From positions 150,734 through 214,733 of IMG/VR virus record IMGVR_UViG_3300000553_000004: a stretch of DNA of 64,000 nt; one strand, given 5' to 3'. Shown here in pieces: positions 53,265-62,565 of the stretch. Within the stretch, counting starts at the first letter, position 1. Each line of letters starts with the position of its first letter. The translations under genes were made by a program, and so were the position numbers. The notes under the pieces are model-generated. The model was not told the origin of the DNA, made no database searches, and saw only the letters and a program-made list of their open reading frames with translations.

Positions 53265-54008
53265 ATGAACGCATTTGTAAAAACAACCAATGGTAAGTTT
53301 CCCAATCCAAACTTTTGTTATGCTTGGAAGGGGCTTACCGAACTGCAATACAATGTAATTACATTTGAAGACGCCGACTTACAAGACCCGTCTTTCTGGA
53401 TGAGTTGCAATAGAACCACGCCGGTTTTTGCCGGCGTAATTGTATTCGATGAAATCTTGGAGAAATTAGGGGTCGATTACAAAAAGATTGACACCTATCC
53501 TACCATCCTACGTTCATATCTCAATCGTTATGTCGAGAAAACCACACTTGGAGAGTATAGAAAAGTGTGGGACAAAGATGAAGATAATCGTCCTCTTATG
53601 TTCATGAAACCCATTAAACAGAAACAGTTTAACGGTAGAGTCATGAAAAGTATTCTTGATTGGATTTGTATGACTAAATTTGCCGATGATACGGAAGTTT
53701 ACATTTCCGAGCCTGTTAATTTTCTCACCGAGTATAGAGTCTATATTCGTAATGGTAAAATTCTACTTGGAAGAAACTATCGCGGTGATTGGACAAAAGG
53801 CATAGACATTAATGTGGTTAAAGATGCAGTGGAAACATTTGCAGATGAAGCCCCTTGCGCTTATGCTTTGGACTTTGGGTTGACTGATGATGGTAAAACA
53901 TCCTTGGTAGAATTCAATGATGCAACCAGTCTTGGAAATTATGGATTGGATGCTGTAAACTTCGCTGATATGATTGTCAGTAGATGGGTTGAGATTTGTA
54001 ATCCATGA
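53265..54008 (+). CDS. ATP-grasp (R2K-like) protein
   Basis: FMKP..QKQFNG, SEPV.F.TEYRVY, YALDFG, LVEFND. Confidence 0.8.
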   Translation: MNAFVKTTNGKFPNPNFCYAWKGLTELQYNVITFEDADLQDPSFWMSCNRTTPVFAGVIVFDEILEKLGVDYKKIDTYPTILRSYLNRYVEKTTLGEYRKVWDKDEDNRPLMFMKPIKQKQFNGRVMKSILDWICMTKFADDTEVYISEPVNFLTEYRVYIRNGKILLGRNYRGDWTKGIDINVVKDAVETFADEAPCAYALDFGLTDDGKTSLVEFNDATSLGNYGLDAVNFADMIVSRWVEICNP

Positions 54009-54258
54009 ACGATACAAAGCCACAATGTTCTGTCTGTAACTGGACCGATTACGAAGGTGATTGGGGAGGTTGTAGATGGATTAGAGGGTTTAGAACTGTA
54101 TGTCCTGAATGTAAAAGACATTTTAGTGGATGTCATGATGCTCCAATATTGAGTGACCCACATCCATTTTTGGCTCACCGATTTAAAAGAAGAAATAGTT
54201 GGTGGTCAAAATTTAAAAAGAAATTCTTGGATGTTATAGACATGCTAGGATATTATCC

Positions 54259-54732
54259 ATGAAATATAAATTAATTAATAAGACTAAGATTTCTACAAAT
54301 GTTCTTAAAACGTTGATAGAGTTGGCTGCTCCAAAAGGAATTGATGAAGTCGACATTTCAATAAAATATGATTATTCTGGAGAGTCGGCTTGGCATGCAG
54401 TGGCATATGCATTTAAGAAAAAGAAATCCATTAATTTGTGGATAATGGATGGAGATTTAAACCTACCTAAATATAGTAACCCGTCTGCCTTAAAAAAGGT
54501 CGGTTATAGTCCCAGATTTTTAATTAAAAACCAAAATGAAGTATTAGTATCTCTGCTAGCTCATGAACTTAGGCACATATGGCAAGGAAATGTCAGTAAA
54601 CAGAATTTCTTAAAAAGTAAATTACACTATTACAAATCTTGGGATGGACTGACATATTCTAGCGTATATAAAATGGAATTAGATGCATGTAAATATGCAA
54701 AAAAAATATTAGACAAATATAGAAAATTATGA
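54259..54732 (+). CDS. putative zincin metallopeptidase
   Basis: LAHELRHIWQ…E.DA. Confidence 0.65.
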   Translation: MKYKLINKTKISTNVLKTLIELAAPKGIDEVDISIKYDYSGESAWHAVAYAFKKKKSINLWIMDGDLNLPKYSNPSALKKVGYSPRFLIKNQNEVLVSLLAHELRHIWQGNVSKQNFLKSKLHYYKSWDGLTYSSVYKMELDACKYAKKILDKYRKL

Positions 54733-55335
54733 TGTGTTTCGCATTTTATTTACAAATTGTAGAACTTCTTCTTTTGAATAATCATGTTTCGCAAAGTTTA
54801 TTCCTTGACAAACAAACTCTGCATTTCCTTTGATATATCCTTTTGATGAATCAATTCTATCTAAACTTGCCTTTTCTATTGAACGACATTTTCTAAAACT
54901 TAATTTGCTTTCTGGAAGTATCATTTTAATACCAGTATAAGGACATTTGCCGTTTTGAAATTCCCACAATTCTTTTAGAAAGTCTATATCTATATTAGAT
55001 TCCCACGAACCTCGATTCTTACTTTTATCTACAAAATATCCAAATGGAGATTTTCCTGTTTTATGTATATCATAACAAGATTTATTACAATAATGAATTC
55101 CTTTATTTTCTCTATGACGTGATGTGTATTTTCCACGTTTCATTTCAAATTCTTTACCGCATCCATTACATTTCACCTTTATCATTGTGATTGGTCTAAA
55201 ATAATTTAATTTACAAGTTCCACTACAAAAATGTCGTCCATTTCTCTCTTTTAGAGTATTTAAAAATACTTTACGAGATTTTTCAAATTGCTTATTACAT
55301 ACCATACAATTAACACTTATTATTTGATTTTTCAT
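54727..55335 (-). CDS. Zn-finger + HNH-like homing endonuclease (paralogue of 50392)
   Basis: CPYTG…ASLDRIDSSKGY. Confidence 0.8.
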   Translation of the reverse strand: MKNQIISVNCMVCNKQFEKSRKVFLNTLKERNGRHFCSGTCKLNYFRPITMIKVKCNGCGKEFEMKRGKYTSRHRENKGIHYCNKSCYDIHKTGKSPFGYFVDKSKNRGSWESNIDIDFLKELWEFQNGKCPYTGIKMILPESKLSFRKCRSIEKASLDRIDSSKGYIKGNAEFVCQGINFAKHDYSKEEVLQFVNKMRNTS

Positions 55336-55456
55336 AATAATTTTTTAAATTTTTCTTTCTTATTTGTTTTTTATTTCGTCGGTAATACCGCATTGATTTT
55401 TTGCAATTCGCTTGACGTTTTTCTTCTTCTGTGTTATATTTTTTATGTCTTCCCAT
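55310..55456 (-). CDS. small basic endonuclease-associated protein
   Basis: MGRHKKYNTEEEKRQANCKKSMRYYRRNKKQIRKKNLKNYYEKSNNKC. Confidence 0.65.
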   Translation of the reverse strand: MGRHKKYNTEEEKRQANCKKSMRYYRRNKKQIRKKNLKNYYEKSNNKC

Positions 55457-55513
55457 ATACAATAAATAGTGAAATGGAAAGAAAAAGTAATAAAAAAGTA
55501 ATAAAATAATTTT

Positions 55514-56380
55514 ATGTTAGGTGCTATTATCGGCGATATAGTAGGCTCTCCGTATGAAGGGTCTTCTTTAAATTGGGTGGATGATAAATCATTCCCTCTA
55601 TTTGCAAATGAACTTTCGAGATTCACAGACGACACAATCTTGACCTGCGCTACCGCAGACGCATTATTGAAAATCAGTGATAATAGATGTGATGATAACA
55701 CAGAGTCGTTGATGTCAATGGATAAGATATTTGCCGAGAAATACATAGAATGGAATTTAAAATATCCTGGTCGTGGATATGGAAGTGGATTTCAACAGTG
55801 GGTTGATAACGGTGGAATCGACATAAATCCAAGTTATGCAAATGGATGTATGATGCGTTGTAGTCCAATACCGTTATTTTATATAGATTCATATATGGCA
55901 AGATATACGGCATATGATAGTATTAAAATGACACATAATTCTCCTGAATCGCATCGAGGCGTATGTTCAATCGTGTCTGCTATTCATATGGCTTTACAAG
56001 GTTCTACCAAACTTCAAATCAAAGCTTATGTAGAAGAACAATTCGGTCATATGTTAGATTTAACGGTAGAACAATGGAGAGAACATCCTAAGACTTCGAT
56101 TAGGTGTAATCTCTCAGCTCCACAATCATTAGTATGTTTTATGGAATCTACTGATTATGAATCTACCATCAGAAATGCCGTTTATACTAAAGGTGATACT
56201 GATACTACTGCTGCAATTGCCGGTTCTATTGCAGAAGCTTTCTACGGAGTTAAGTCGATTCCACAAGAGATGATTGATGGAGCTAAATCGAGAATGACGC
56301 CTGAGATGATAGAATTGGTAAATAAATATTATTCAATAATTGGGGAACGTAGAGAACAATATAAAGGATTTAAAATATGA
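55514..56380 (+). CDS. ADP-ribosylglycohydrolase (DraG/ARH family)
   Basis: GAIIGD..GS.YE, FTDDT, NG.MMR, GDTDTTAAIAG. Confidence 0.92.
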   Translation: MLGAIIGDIVGSPYEGSSLNWVDDKSFPLFANELSRFTDDTILTCATADALLKISDNRCDDNTESLMSMDKIFAEKYIEWNLKYPGRGYGSGFQQWVDNGGIDINPSYANGCMMRCSPIPLFYIDSYMARYTAYDSIKMTHNSPESHRGVCSIVSAIHMALQGSTKLQIKAYVEEQFGHMLDLTVEQWREHPKTSIRCNLSAPQSLVCFMESTDYESTIRNAVYTKGDTDTTAAIAGSIAEAFYGVKSIPQEMIDGAKSRMTPEMIELVNKYYSIIGERREQYKGFKI

Positions 56381-56913
56381 AATATGTAAAAACATTAACA
56401 TTAATAACATTCACGTCGTTATTAACTGCAACCGCAGCCCCATCAACCAATCTTTTATCATCTACAAAAAGTGATATAGGACTTTGGGCATTTTCATTTA
56501 GTGGCAAAGGCAATTCAACTCTAAACAATACTCATACGAATAACAATTCCACGGTCGGTGTAGAATTTCAAATTGGTTATAATACCAAACTTATTCTTCC
56601 TACGGAAGTCGGAGTTCGTCAGTCAATTGGATATTCAAATTCAAAAGTAGAATCTTGGAATTTATCGACTAAAGTATATTCCGATTGGAATGTTATTAGA
56701 GTTGGTAATCTAGAAACGGATGCCGGAGCAAATTTCGGCGTATCGTATGGAAGTCAAGTTGGTGATTGGAGTATTTCTCCTGAAATTATCGGTAGACTTT
56801 ATTTAAAGAAGGATGTAGATTTATTTTGTAGAATTGAATATCCATACGACCTCACCTATGGTTCCTTTCAGAACAATTTAGCGTATAATTTTGGATTGCG
56901 ATTGCGGTTTTAG
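56377..56913 (+). CDS. outer-membrane beta-barrel-like protein
   Basis: Signal peptide, amphipathic strands, C-terminal YNFGLRLRF. Confidence 0.7.
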   Translation: MKYVKTLTLITFTSLLTATAAPSTNLLSSTKSDIGLWAFSFSGKGNSTLNNTHTNNNSTVGVEFQIGYNTKLILPTEVGVRQSIGYSNSKVESWNLSTKVYSDWNVIRVGNLETDAGANFGVSYGSQVGDWSISPEIIGRLYLKKDVDLFCRIEYPYDLTYGSFQNNLAYNFGLRLRF

Positions 56914-57067
56914 AAGTTCAAAAACGGTTACAATTAAAATTAAATAAGAGTTGACTTTTTCACTAACTCTGATATAGTTATTTACATGAAGAACAAACAA
57001 ACATAGGTTACTACAAACGACGATAACATCGCCTTCGTAATTTCTTTGTCTTCATATCTTCCTTTAT

Positions 57068-57143
57068 ATCCCATTAACTCAGCGGCCAGAGTGATGCTCT
57101 CTAAAAGCTTTCGTCATCGGTTCGAATCCGATATGGGATACCA
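57068..57143 (+). tRNA. amber suppressor tRNA (CUA)
   Basis: 76-nt cloverleaf, loop CT-CTA-AA with CTA at 57101-57103 (positions 34-36), CCA encoded. Confidence 0.85.
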
Positions 57144-57154
57144 ATTTTCTTTAC

Positions 57155-57209
57155 GGTCGAGATATACATTCAGTGTGTTCTTTTGGCTCAAGACCAAACT
57201 CGACCACCA
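57155..57209 (+). ncRNA. 55-nt tRNA-like RNA lacking anticodon arm
   Basis: GGTCGAG/CTCGACC-A-CCA, one small hairpin, TTTGG-CTCAAGA-CCAAA T-like arm. Confidence 0.65.
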
Positions 57210-57216
57210 TTTTAAC

Positions 57217-57294
57217 GGTCTGATAGCTCAATTGGCAGAGCGCTGGGAGGATAAAACCGACCGGAGGTTAGAGGTTCAAGTCCTTTTCAGACCA
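57217..57294 (+). tRNA. tRNA-like gene with aberrant extended anticodon arm
   Basis: Canonical acceptor, D, T arms; anticodon arm CTGG-GA-GG-ATAAAA-CC-GA-CCGG. Confidence 0.65.
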
Positions 57295-57361
57295 CTTTTT
57301 AAATATTAATAGAATACGAACTTGACGTTTTCGAATTTTGTGTTATAGTTATTGACAGTAA

Positions 57362-57446
57362 GCGAGTGTGATGTAATTGGCAGCCATCCGAGTCTTAGAA
57401 ATTCGGGGAGAAATCCGTGTAGGTTCAAATCCTATCACTCGTACCA
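57362..57446 (+). tRNA. tRNA-Leu(UAG)
   Basis: CT-TAG-AA loop, long variable arm, CCA. Confidence 0.9.
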
Positions 57447-57452
57447 ATTTAC

Positions 57453-57528
57453 GGGGTCTTAGCTCATCTGGTAGAGCGTCTGATTTGCATTCAGAAGGTG
57501 GCGAGTTCGAGTCTCGCAGGCTCCACCA
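57453..57528 (+). tRNA. tRNA-Ala(UGC)
   Basis: G3-U70, TT-TGC-AT loop, CCA. Confidence 0.93.
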
Positions 57529-57650
57529 AATTTTGGTGATTTAATAAAATCATCTGGTGGAATGGACAGTTTAACTGCTCCCAGTTTGTCGGTGTCGAAT
57601 AACCGACTATTTTCATAGGAAGTTTCAATAAATTCTTCATATTTATACGC

Positions 57651-58055
57651 ATGGAACACATTAAATCAAAACGTCCATTTGTAAAAATCTGCGCATATTG
57701 TCAGGGCATAAATAAACCACAGATGTCGAATTTCTCCACGGGTATAGATTCTAAAGTTAAAGATGAGATGAAACAGGTTGATGCTCAAGTAAAATCCAAA
57801 TCCGATGAATTAACATTTAGTCATGGAATTTGTGAACCACATTTAATACAAACATTACAAGAAATTCCTGGAATGACAAAAGAACGTATTAATTCTATGG
57901 TCAGTAAATTGACTGACTCGGCGCCGTGTTTATTAAATAATGACCAACTCCGACATTCTTACATGCGTGGTATATTTACGCCAGAACAGGTGAAACAGGT
58001 CCAACAATCAAATCAACATTTGACGGAACGATTTAAAAAACTTGCCGGAATCTAA
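57651..58055 (+). CDS. hypothetical protein
   Basis: CAYC, SHGICEPH, C-terminal RFKKLAGI; upstream ATATTTATA. Confidence 0.7.
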   Translation: MEHIKSKRPFVKICAYCQGINKPQMSNFSTGIDSKVKDEMKQVDAQVKSKSDELTFSHGICEPHLIQTLQEIPGMTKERINSMVSKLTDSAPCLLNNDQLRHSYMRGIFTPEQVKQVQQSNQHLTERFKKLAGI

Positions 58056-58277
58056 TCCTGAGTTATAATACAGTCCATGTTCACTAATGAATTGTCAGGA
58101 TTGTTTATCCCACTTATTATATATGGAATAATTGTAGGCATACTTTTATGTGGAGTTGGCGCCGGTGGATGTGTATTAATCCATCATTACAAAATTTCCA
58201 TAGAAGAACGTCAATCCAATGCCGTGATAGTAACAAACGTAGTATACGTTACAAATTCAATTTCAAAATAATTTAAT

Positions 58278-58574
58278 ATGTCACTAAAAATGGAACAATG
58301 TGTATTTTGTAAATTAACCACGTTAACCCGTGGACATCATATTATCCCAAAATGCAAATCAGGTACAACCATCGTACAGACATGCGAGAGTTGTGAATCA
58401 TTTATTCATTCCACTTGGACGCACAATGAATTAAGAGACGTCTATAATACAGTAGAAAGTATAATTGAAAACGAAAAGTTTGAAAAATTCTTAAAGTGGA
58501 GATGGAAACAGCCTGTGACCACAGTATTCAAATCTACTCTCGGTAAATCCAGAGATAAAAATAAATATCATTGA
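58278..58574 (+). CDS. small HNH endonuclease
   Basis: CVFC…HHIIPK…CESC..FIH. Confidence 0.75.
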   Translation: MSLKMEQCVFCKLTTLTRGHHIIPKCKSGTTIVQTCESCESFIHSTWTHNELRDVYNTVESIIENEKFEKFLKWRWKQPVTTVFKSTLGKSRDKNKYH

Positions 58575-58587
58575 ATATGGACACAAT

Positions 58588-59448
58588 TTAATATATTAAT
58601 TTCCATCCTTTCGTTTGTTTAATTTTATTTTTAATAAGTAACCATACACAACTATGATGTAAATCATATTTTATTCTAAAATCAAAACGAGTTCCTGTAA
58701 ATACTTCGCCTGTATATTGATTTTTAAAAGTATATATAGTTTTGTTATATTGAGAATGATTGTGACCAGAGCATTTATTTTTAATTTTATCTATAACACA
58801 TTGAAGACGTTTCTTTCCTTTCCATATAGATGAGAGACTAGATTTTGTTTGGTTTGAATGATGTTTTCCTAAAAATGGAGGATTGAGTTTATTATTTTTT
58901 ATCAATTGATTTAGATGGGGTATTGAATGAATTCTGCCTTTGTTGCTATTACTTATTTTCTTTTTTATTTCATCGGTCATATCTACTCTATCAGAGATAA
59001 ATGATATATTATAGCATTTACTTCTTTCTGTTTTAGCCATATCCAAATATTTTTGTTCTGTGTCTTTTAGTGTTTTGAAGTTTGCTGTTGTTTGCTCTAT
59101 TATTAGAAAATTAAAATTATTTTTACCGTGTTTATTCCACGAATTTTGAAGATAATTATTTTTGTGGTTGTTTTTATTTAAATGATAAATATGATTACTT
59201 CGTCTTTTATGAAAATTTTTTGTTGAACCAATATAATACTTACCATTAATTTTATTTATTATCTTGTAAATTCCGCTTACCTTTGTGGTATCGTTCGAGA
59301 TTTTCTTTTTTAATTCTTCTTTTGTGTCGGTTATAATACCGCATACGTCTAATTCTCCACTGCTCTCGGATTTCATCTGTGGTTCTATTAAGTTTTTTTC
59401 TCCCCATATAACATTTTCTTTTTTGATTGTTGACATTTCTCCGTTCAT
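58588..59448 (-). CDS. GIY-YIG homing endonuclease
   Basis: SGIYKIINKINGKYYIGS; NUMOD3-like repeats; start uncertain. Confidence 0.88.
   Translation of the reverse strand: MNGEMSTIKKENVIWGEKNLIEPQMKSESSGELDVCGIITDTKEELKKKISNDTTKVSGIYKIINKINGKYYIGSTKNFHKRRSNHIYHLNKNNHKNNYLQNSWNKHGKNNFNFLIIEQTTANFKTLKDTEQKYLDMAKTERSKCYNISFISDRVDMTDEIKKKISNSNKGRIHSIPHLNQLIKNNKLNPPFLGKHHSNQTKSSLSSIWKGKKRLQCVIDKIKNKCSGHNHSQYNKTIYTFKNQYTGEVFTGTRFDFRIKYDLHHSCVWLLIKNKIKQTKGWKLIY
59252..59407 (-). CDS. small basic endonuclease-associated protein (overlapping)
   Basis: MGRKKLNRTTDEIREQWRIRRMRYYNRHKRRIKKENLERYHKGKRNLQDNK. Confidence 0.65.
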   Translation of the reverse strand: MGRKKLNRTTDEIREQWRIRRMRYYNRHKRRIKKENLERYHKGKRNLQDNK

Positions 59449-59504
59449 ATGATATAAATAGAGTTGAAATTATTCAAAGTGACAAAAATCGTGATAAAAT
59501 AAAT

Positions 59505-59810
59505 ATGGAAAAATCTTATTGTTATATACTTCAAACTATAGAAAATACGTTATATTGCGGATGGACGCTTGATTTAGATAGACGAGTTATAGAACACAAT
59601 TCCCCAGATAGTAAAACAAAACATACAAGAATTCGTCAACCAGTAAAATTGGTTTATTTTGAAGAATTTGATACGAGGGCAAAAGCGGCCCAACGAGAAT
59701 GTCAAATAAAACGATTATCAAGAAAACAAAAAATCGAATTAATTAAACTAAAATATCCAGAATTTACTATTCCTAATTTTGTTAAGAAACCACCATTTAT
59801 AAAAATATGA
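59505..59810 (+). CDS. small GIY-YIG nuclease (UPF0213/YhbQ-like)
   Basis: YCYIL…LYCGWT.DL.RR..EHN…PVKLVYFE…A.QRE..IKRLSR. Confidence 0.85.
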   Translation: MEKSYCYILQTIENTLYCGWTLDLDRRVIEHNSPDSKTKHTRIRQPVKLVYFEEFDTRAKAAQRECQIKRLSRKQKIELIKLKYPEFTIPNFVKKPPFIKI

Positions 59811-60721
59811 CATTACGAGAAAGATATAGAGGCGCCATGTTAGGTTTGGCGGTTGGAGATGCGTTGGGCGTTCCAGCAGAATTTCAAGAACGAGGAACAT
59901 TTCCAAAGATTACTGAAATGATTGGCGGTGGCCCATTTCGTTTAAATCCTGGCGAGTGGACGGATGACACGACTATGGCATTATGTTTGGCAAATAGTTT
60001 GCTTGAAACAAATGAATTCAATGCAAAAGACCAAATGGATAAATACTGGCGATGGGTAGAGGATGGATATATGTCAAGTAATGGTAAAATGTTTGACATT
60101 GGAGATACTACATCAGAAGCACTTTGTAGATACAGAAAAACTGGCAATCCAATGGCAGGCAGCGACGACCCAAAATCTGCTGGTAATGGTTCTATAATGA
60201 GACTGGCACCAATACCACTTTTCTTTAAGGAAGATGACCAAGGATATCTTTTGACGGCAGCAAGATTAAGTTCAAAAACCACACATGGAGCCAAAACCTG
60301 TATTGATTCTTGTGTTTTATTATCTCTAGCAATTTATTTTGCTTTGAGAGAATTTCCTAAAGAACATTTGTTAAATATATTTACAGAACCGCCGCCATAT
60401 ACATCACCGGAGGTAATAGACATAGCAAAGGGTTCTTATAAAACCAAAACCGAAGACCAAATCAAATCAACGGGATACGTCATCCATACTCTTGAGGCGG
60501 CTTTGTGGTGTTTTCATAATACCGATACATTCGAGGATGGTTTGATAAAGGCGGTCAATCTTGGTCATGATTCAGATACCACAGGCGCCGTATATGGTCA
60601 ACTGGCAGGCGCTTATTACGGAGTTCAGGCGATTCCCCAAAGATGGCTTGACAAGATAGTGAAACGTGATATTATAATAACCGTCGCAGATAATCTGTTC
60701 GACAATAGACCATGCAATTAA
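59807..60721 (+). CDS. ADP-ribosylglycohydrolase (DraG/ARH family)
   Basis: GLAVGDALG, WTDDT, AGNGSIMR, DSDTTGAV.GQLAG. Confidence 0.94.
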   Translation: MTLRERYRGAMLGLAVGDALGVPAEFQERGTFPKITEMIGGGPFRLNPGEWTDDTTMALCLANSLLETNEFNAKDQMDKYWRWVEDGYMSSNGKMFDIGDTTSEALCRYRKTGNPMAGSDDPKSAGNGSIMRLAPIPLFFKEDDQGYLLTAARLSSKTTHGAKTCIDSCVLLSLAIYFALREFPKEHLLNIFTEPPPYTSPEVIDIAKGSYKTKTEDQIKSTGYVIHTLEAALWCFHNTDTFEDGLIKAVNLGHDSDTTGAVYGQLAGAYYGVQAIPQRWLDKIVKRDIIITVADNLFDNRPCN

Positions 60722-61073
60722 CATTTACACAAACCGAATTTGACAAACTGAGGACGTTCCAAAACCGAATGAATAAGGAATTCGGTGATACGGCGTATGT
60801 TGGAACCAACAACGCTGTTGTATTGGTGGAATACTCTCCACAATTGACGGCCATGCTACGCCCTATGGCGGAAGTAAAACAGTATGATTATGAACTTTTA
60901 CAACTTTCCTGTCAGGATTGTAAAACCAAGAGGATGTATTTGGCGGTTTCCGGTGAAACCACATACGTCTGTGAAGACTGCGTGGTAAGACGGAAGAAAA
61001 AAGGAGCCAATTAAGAATTGGTTTAAGGTGAAAATAATAGTTCGTTTCGGTTGTATAATACCTATTTATAGGT

Positions 61074-61874
61074 ATGAAAACGACGGAATTATTATGTAAT
61101 AAATGTGGAAAATCGTTTTTGATGATAGTAAAATACTATAATCAAAAAATTAAAAATGGTCAAAAAGAATTTTATTGTAGTAGAAATTGTTTTATTGATA
61201 ATGTAAAAAGAAAACCAATAAAGAAAATTTGTTTATATTGTCATAAAGAATTTGATTCGACGACATTTAAAGACGCTAAAAACTGTTGTTCTAATGTTTG
61301 TTCTTCAAGATATTCTCAATCATTTGTAAATAAAGATAACATTTCAAAATCTATGAAAAGATTTTGGAAAAACAATCCACAATTACATAAAAAAACAATT
61401 CCGGTTTTGTGTATTTTTTGTAAAGCCGAATTTATTCCAAATGGACAAGAAAAGTGTTGTAGTATAGAATGCAGAAAAAACAAAATGAGATTAAATGGGT
61501 TACTTTCTGTCCAAGTTCAAAAAGAAAATAGACGTAGTAAAAATGAAATTTATTTCGCTGAATTGTGTAAAAAACATTTTCAAAACGTAGAATTTAATAT
61601 ACCAAAATTTAATGGGTGGGATTGTGATGTAATTCTCAATGACCAAAAAGTTGCGGTTATGTGGAATGGTAAATGGCACTATGAGAAGATTACAAGAAAA
61701 CATTCGGTCAATCAAGTTCAAAATAGAGACAAGATAAAATTGAATGAAATCATTAAATGTGGATACACTCCATATGTAATAAAAGACCTTGGAAGAGAAG
61801 ATAATGTGTTTGTAGAATCTGAATTTAAAAAGTTTACAAAATTTTTGTTGACAGATTGTAAAAATGGTATATAG
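61074..61874 (+). CDS. Zn-finger + Vsr/DUF559-like endonuclease (probable homing endonuclease)
   Basis: Repeated CxxC/YCS modules; SKNE…DVIL…WNGKWHY…RDKIK. Confidence 0.7.
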   Translation: MKTTELLCNKCGKSFLMIVKYYNQKIKNGQKEFYCSRNCFIDNVKRKPIKKICLYCHKEFDSTTFKDAKNCCSNVCSSRYSQSFVNKDNISKSMKRFWKNNPQLHKKTIPVLCIFCKAEFIPNGQEKCCSIECRKNKMRLNGLLSVQVQKENRRSKNEIYFAELCKKHFQNVEFNIPKFNGWDCDVILNDQKVAVMWNGKWHYEKITRKHSVNQVQNRDKIKLNEIIKCGYTPYVIKDLGREDNVFVESEFKKFTKFLLTDCKNGI

Positions 61875-61892
61875 TTATATACAGTTAAGTTT

Positions 61893-61966
61893 GCCTGTGT
61901 CTTCTAATGGTAGGAACGTCGTTTCATAAGCGATTAATATGGGTTCAATTCCCGTCATAGGCACCA
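61893..61966 (+). tRNA. tRNA-Met(CAU)
   Basis: TT-CAT-AA loop, CCA. Confidence 0.88.
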
Positions 61967-61968
61967 AC

Positions 61969-62044
61969 GCTCCAGTGGTGAAATTGGATATCACACAAAG
62001 CTACGAACTTTGAATTTTAGGTTCAAATCCTAACCGGAGCACCA
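61969..62044 (+). tRNA. tRNA-Arg(ACG)
   Basis: CAAAG-CTACGAA-CTTTG, CCA. Confidence 0.9.
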
Positions 62045-62207
62045 ATTTTATGAAAACATCTTTTCAACAAGCGGATGAAATAAAAGATGCAAGAGACAAA
62101 GAGTTTCTTGACCAGTTTGAAAGAATTAGAGATGATAAACGAGAACGTGATAAAAAGACACGTCAATGGTCAAAACAGTTTGAAAAGTATTTTAAAGAAA
62201 ATTTAAT

Positions 62208-62282
62208 TGGCGTATAACTCAATGGATAGAGTATTGGTCTTCGAAACCAAGAATTTCGGTTCAAGTCCGAATATGCCTACCA
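62208..62282 (+). tRNA. tRNA-Arg(UCG)
   Basis: TTGGT-CTTCGAA-ACCAA, CCA. Confidence 0.88.
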
Positions 62283-62288
62283 AATTTT

Positions 62289-62360
62289 GCCTCTGTAGTT
62301 CAATGGTTAGAACGGGAATTTTGTAAATTTCAGATAAGCGTTCGATTCGCTTTTGAGGCT
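62289..62360 (+). tRNA. tRNA-Thr(UGU)
   Basis: TT-TGT-AA loop; CCA not encoded. Confidence 0.85.
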
Positions 62361-62361
62361 C

Positions 62362-62436
62362 GCTCCTATAGTATAATGGGTATTATTCGTGTTCGGTAAA
62401 CATGAGACGTGAGTTCAATTCTCACTGGGAGCTCCA
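62362..62436 (+). tRNA. tRNA-Thr(GGU)
   Basis: CGTGT-TCGGTAA-ACATG (C33 instead of U33), CCA. Confidence 0.85.
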
Positions 62437-62443
62437 AAATTTT

Positions 62444-62517
62444 GCCCGTTTAGTATAGTGATATTATGACGGTTTCGTAAACCGAAGACAGGAGTTTGAT
62501 TCTCCTAACGGGCTCCA
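62444..62517 (+). tRNA. tRNA-Thr(CGU)
   Basis: TT-CGT-AA loop, CCA. Confidence 0.85.
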
Positions 62518-62565
62518 AAATTTATATACGCTTGACAAAAAGTTTTGTTCGTGTATAGTTATTAA

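Noticed and set aside
57535-57610. Additional tRNA after tRNA-Ala
   Set aside because: Three hairpins but no acceptor stem or CCA
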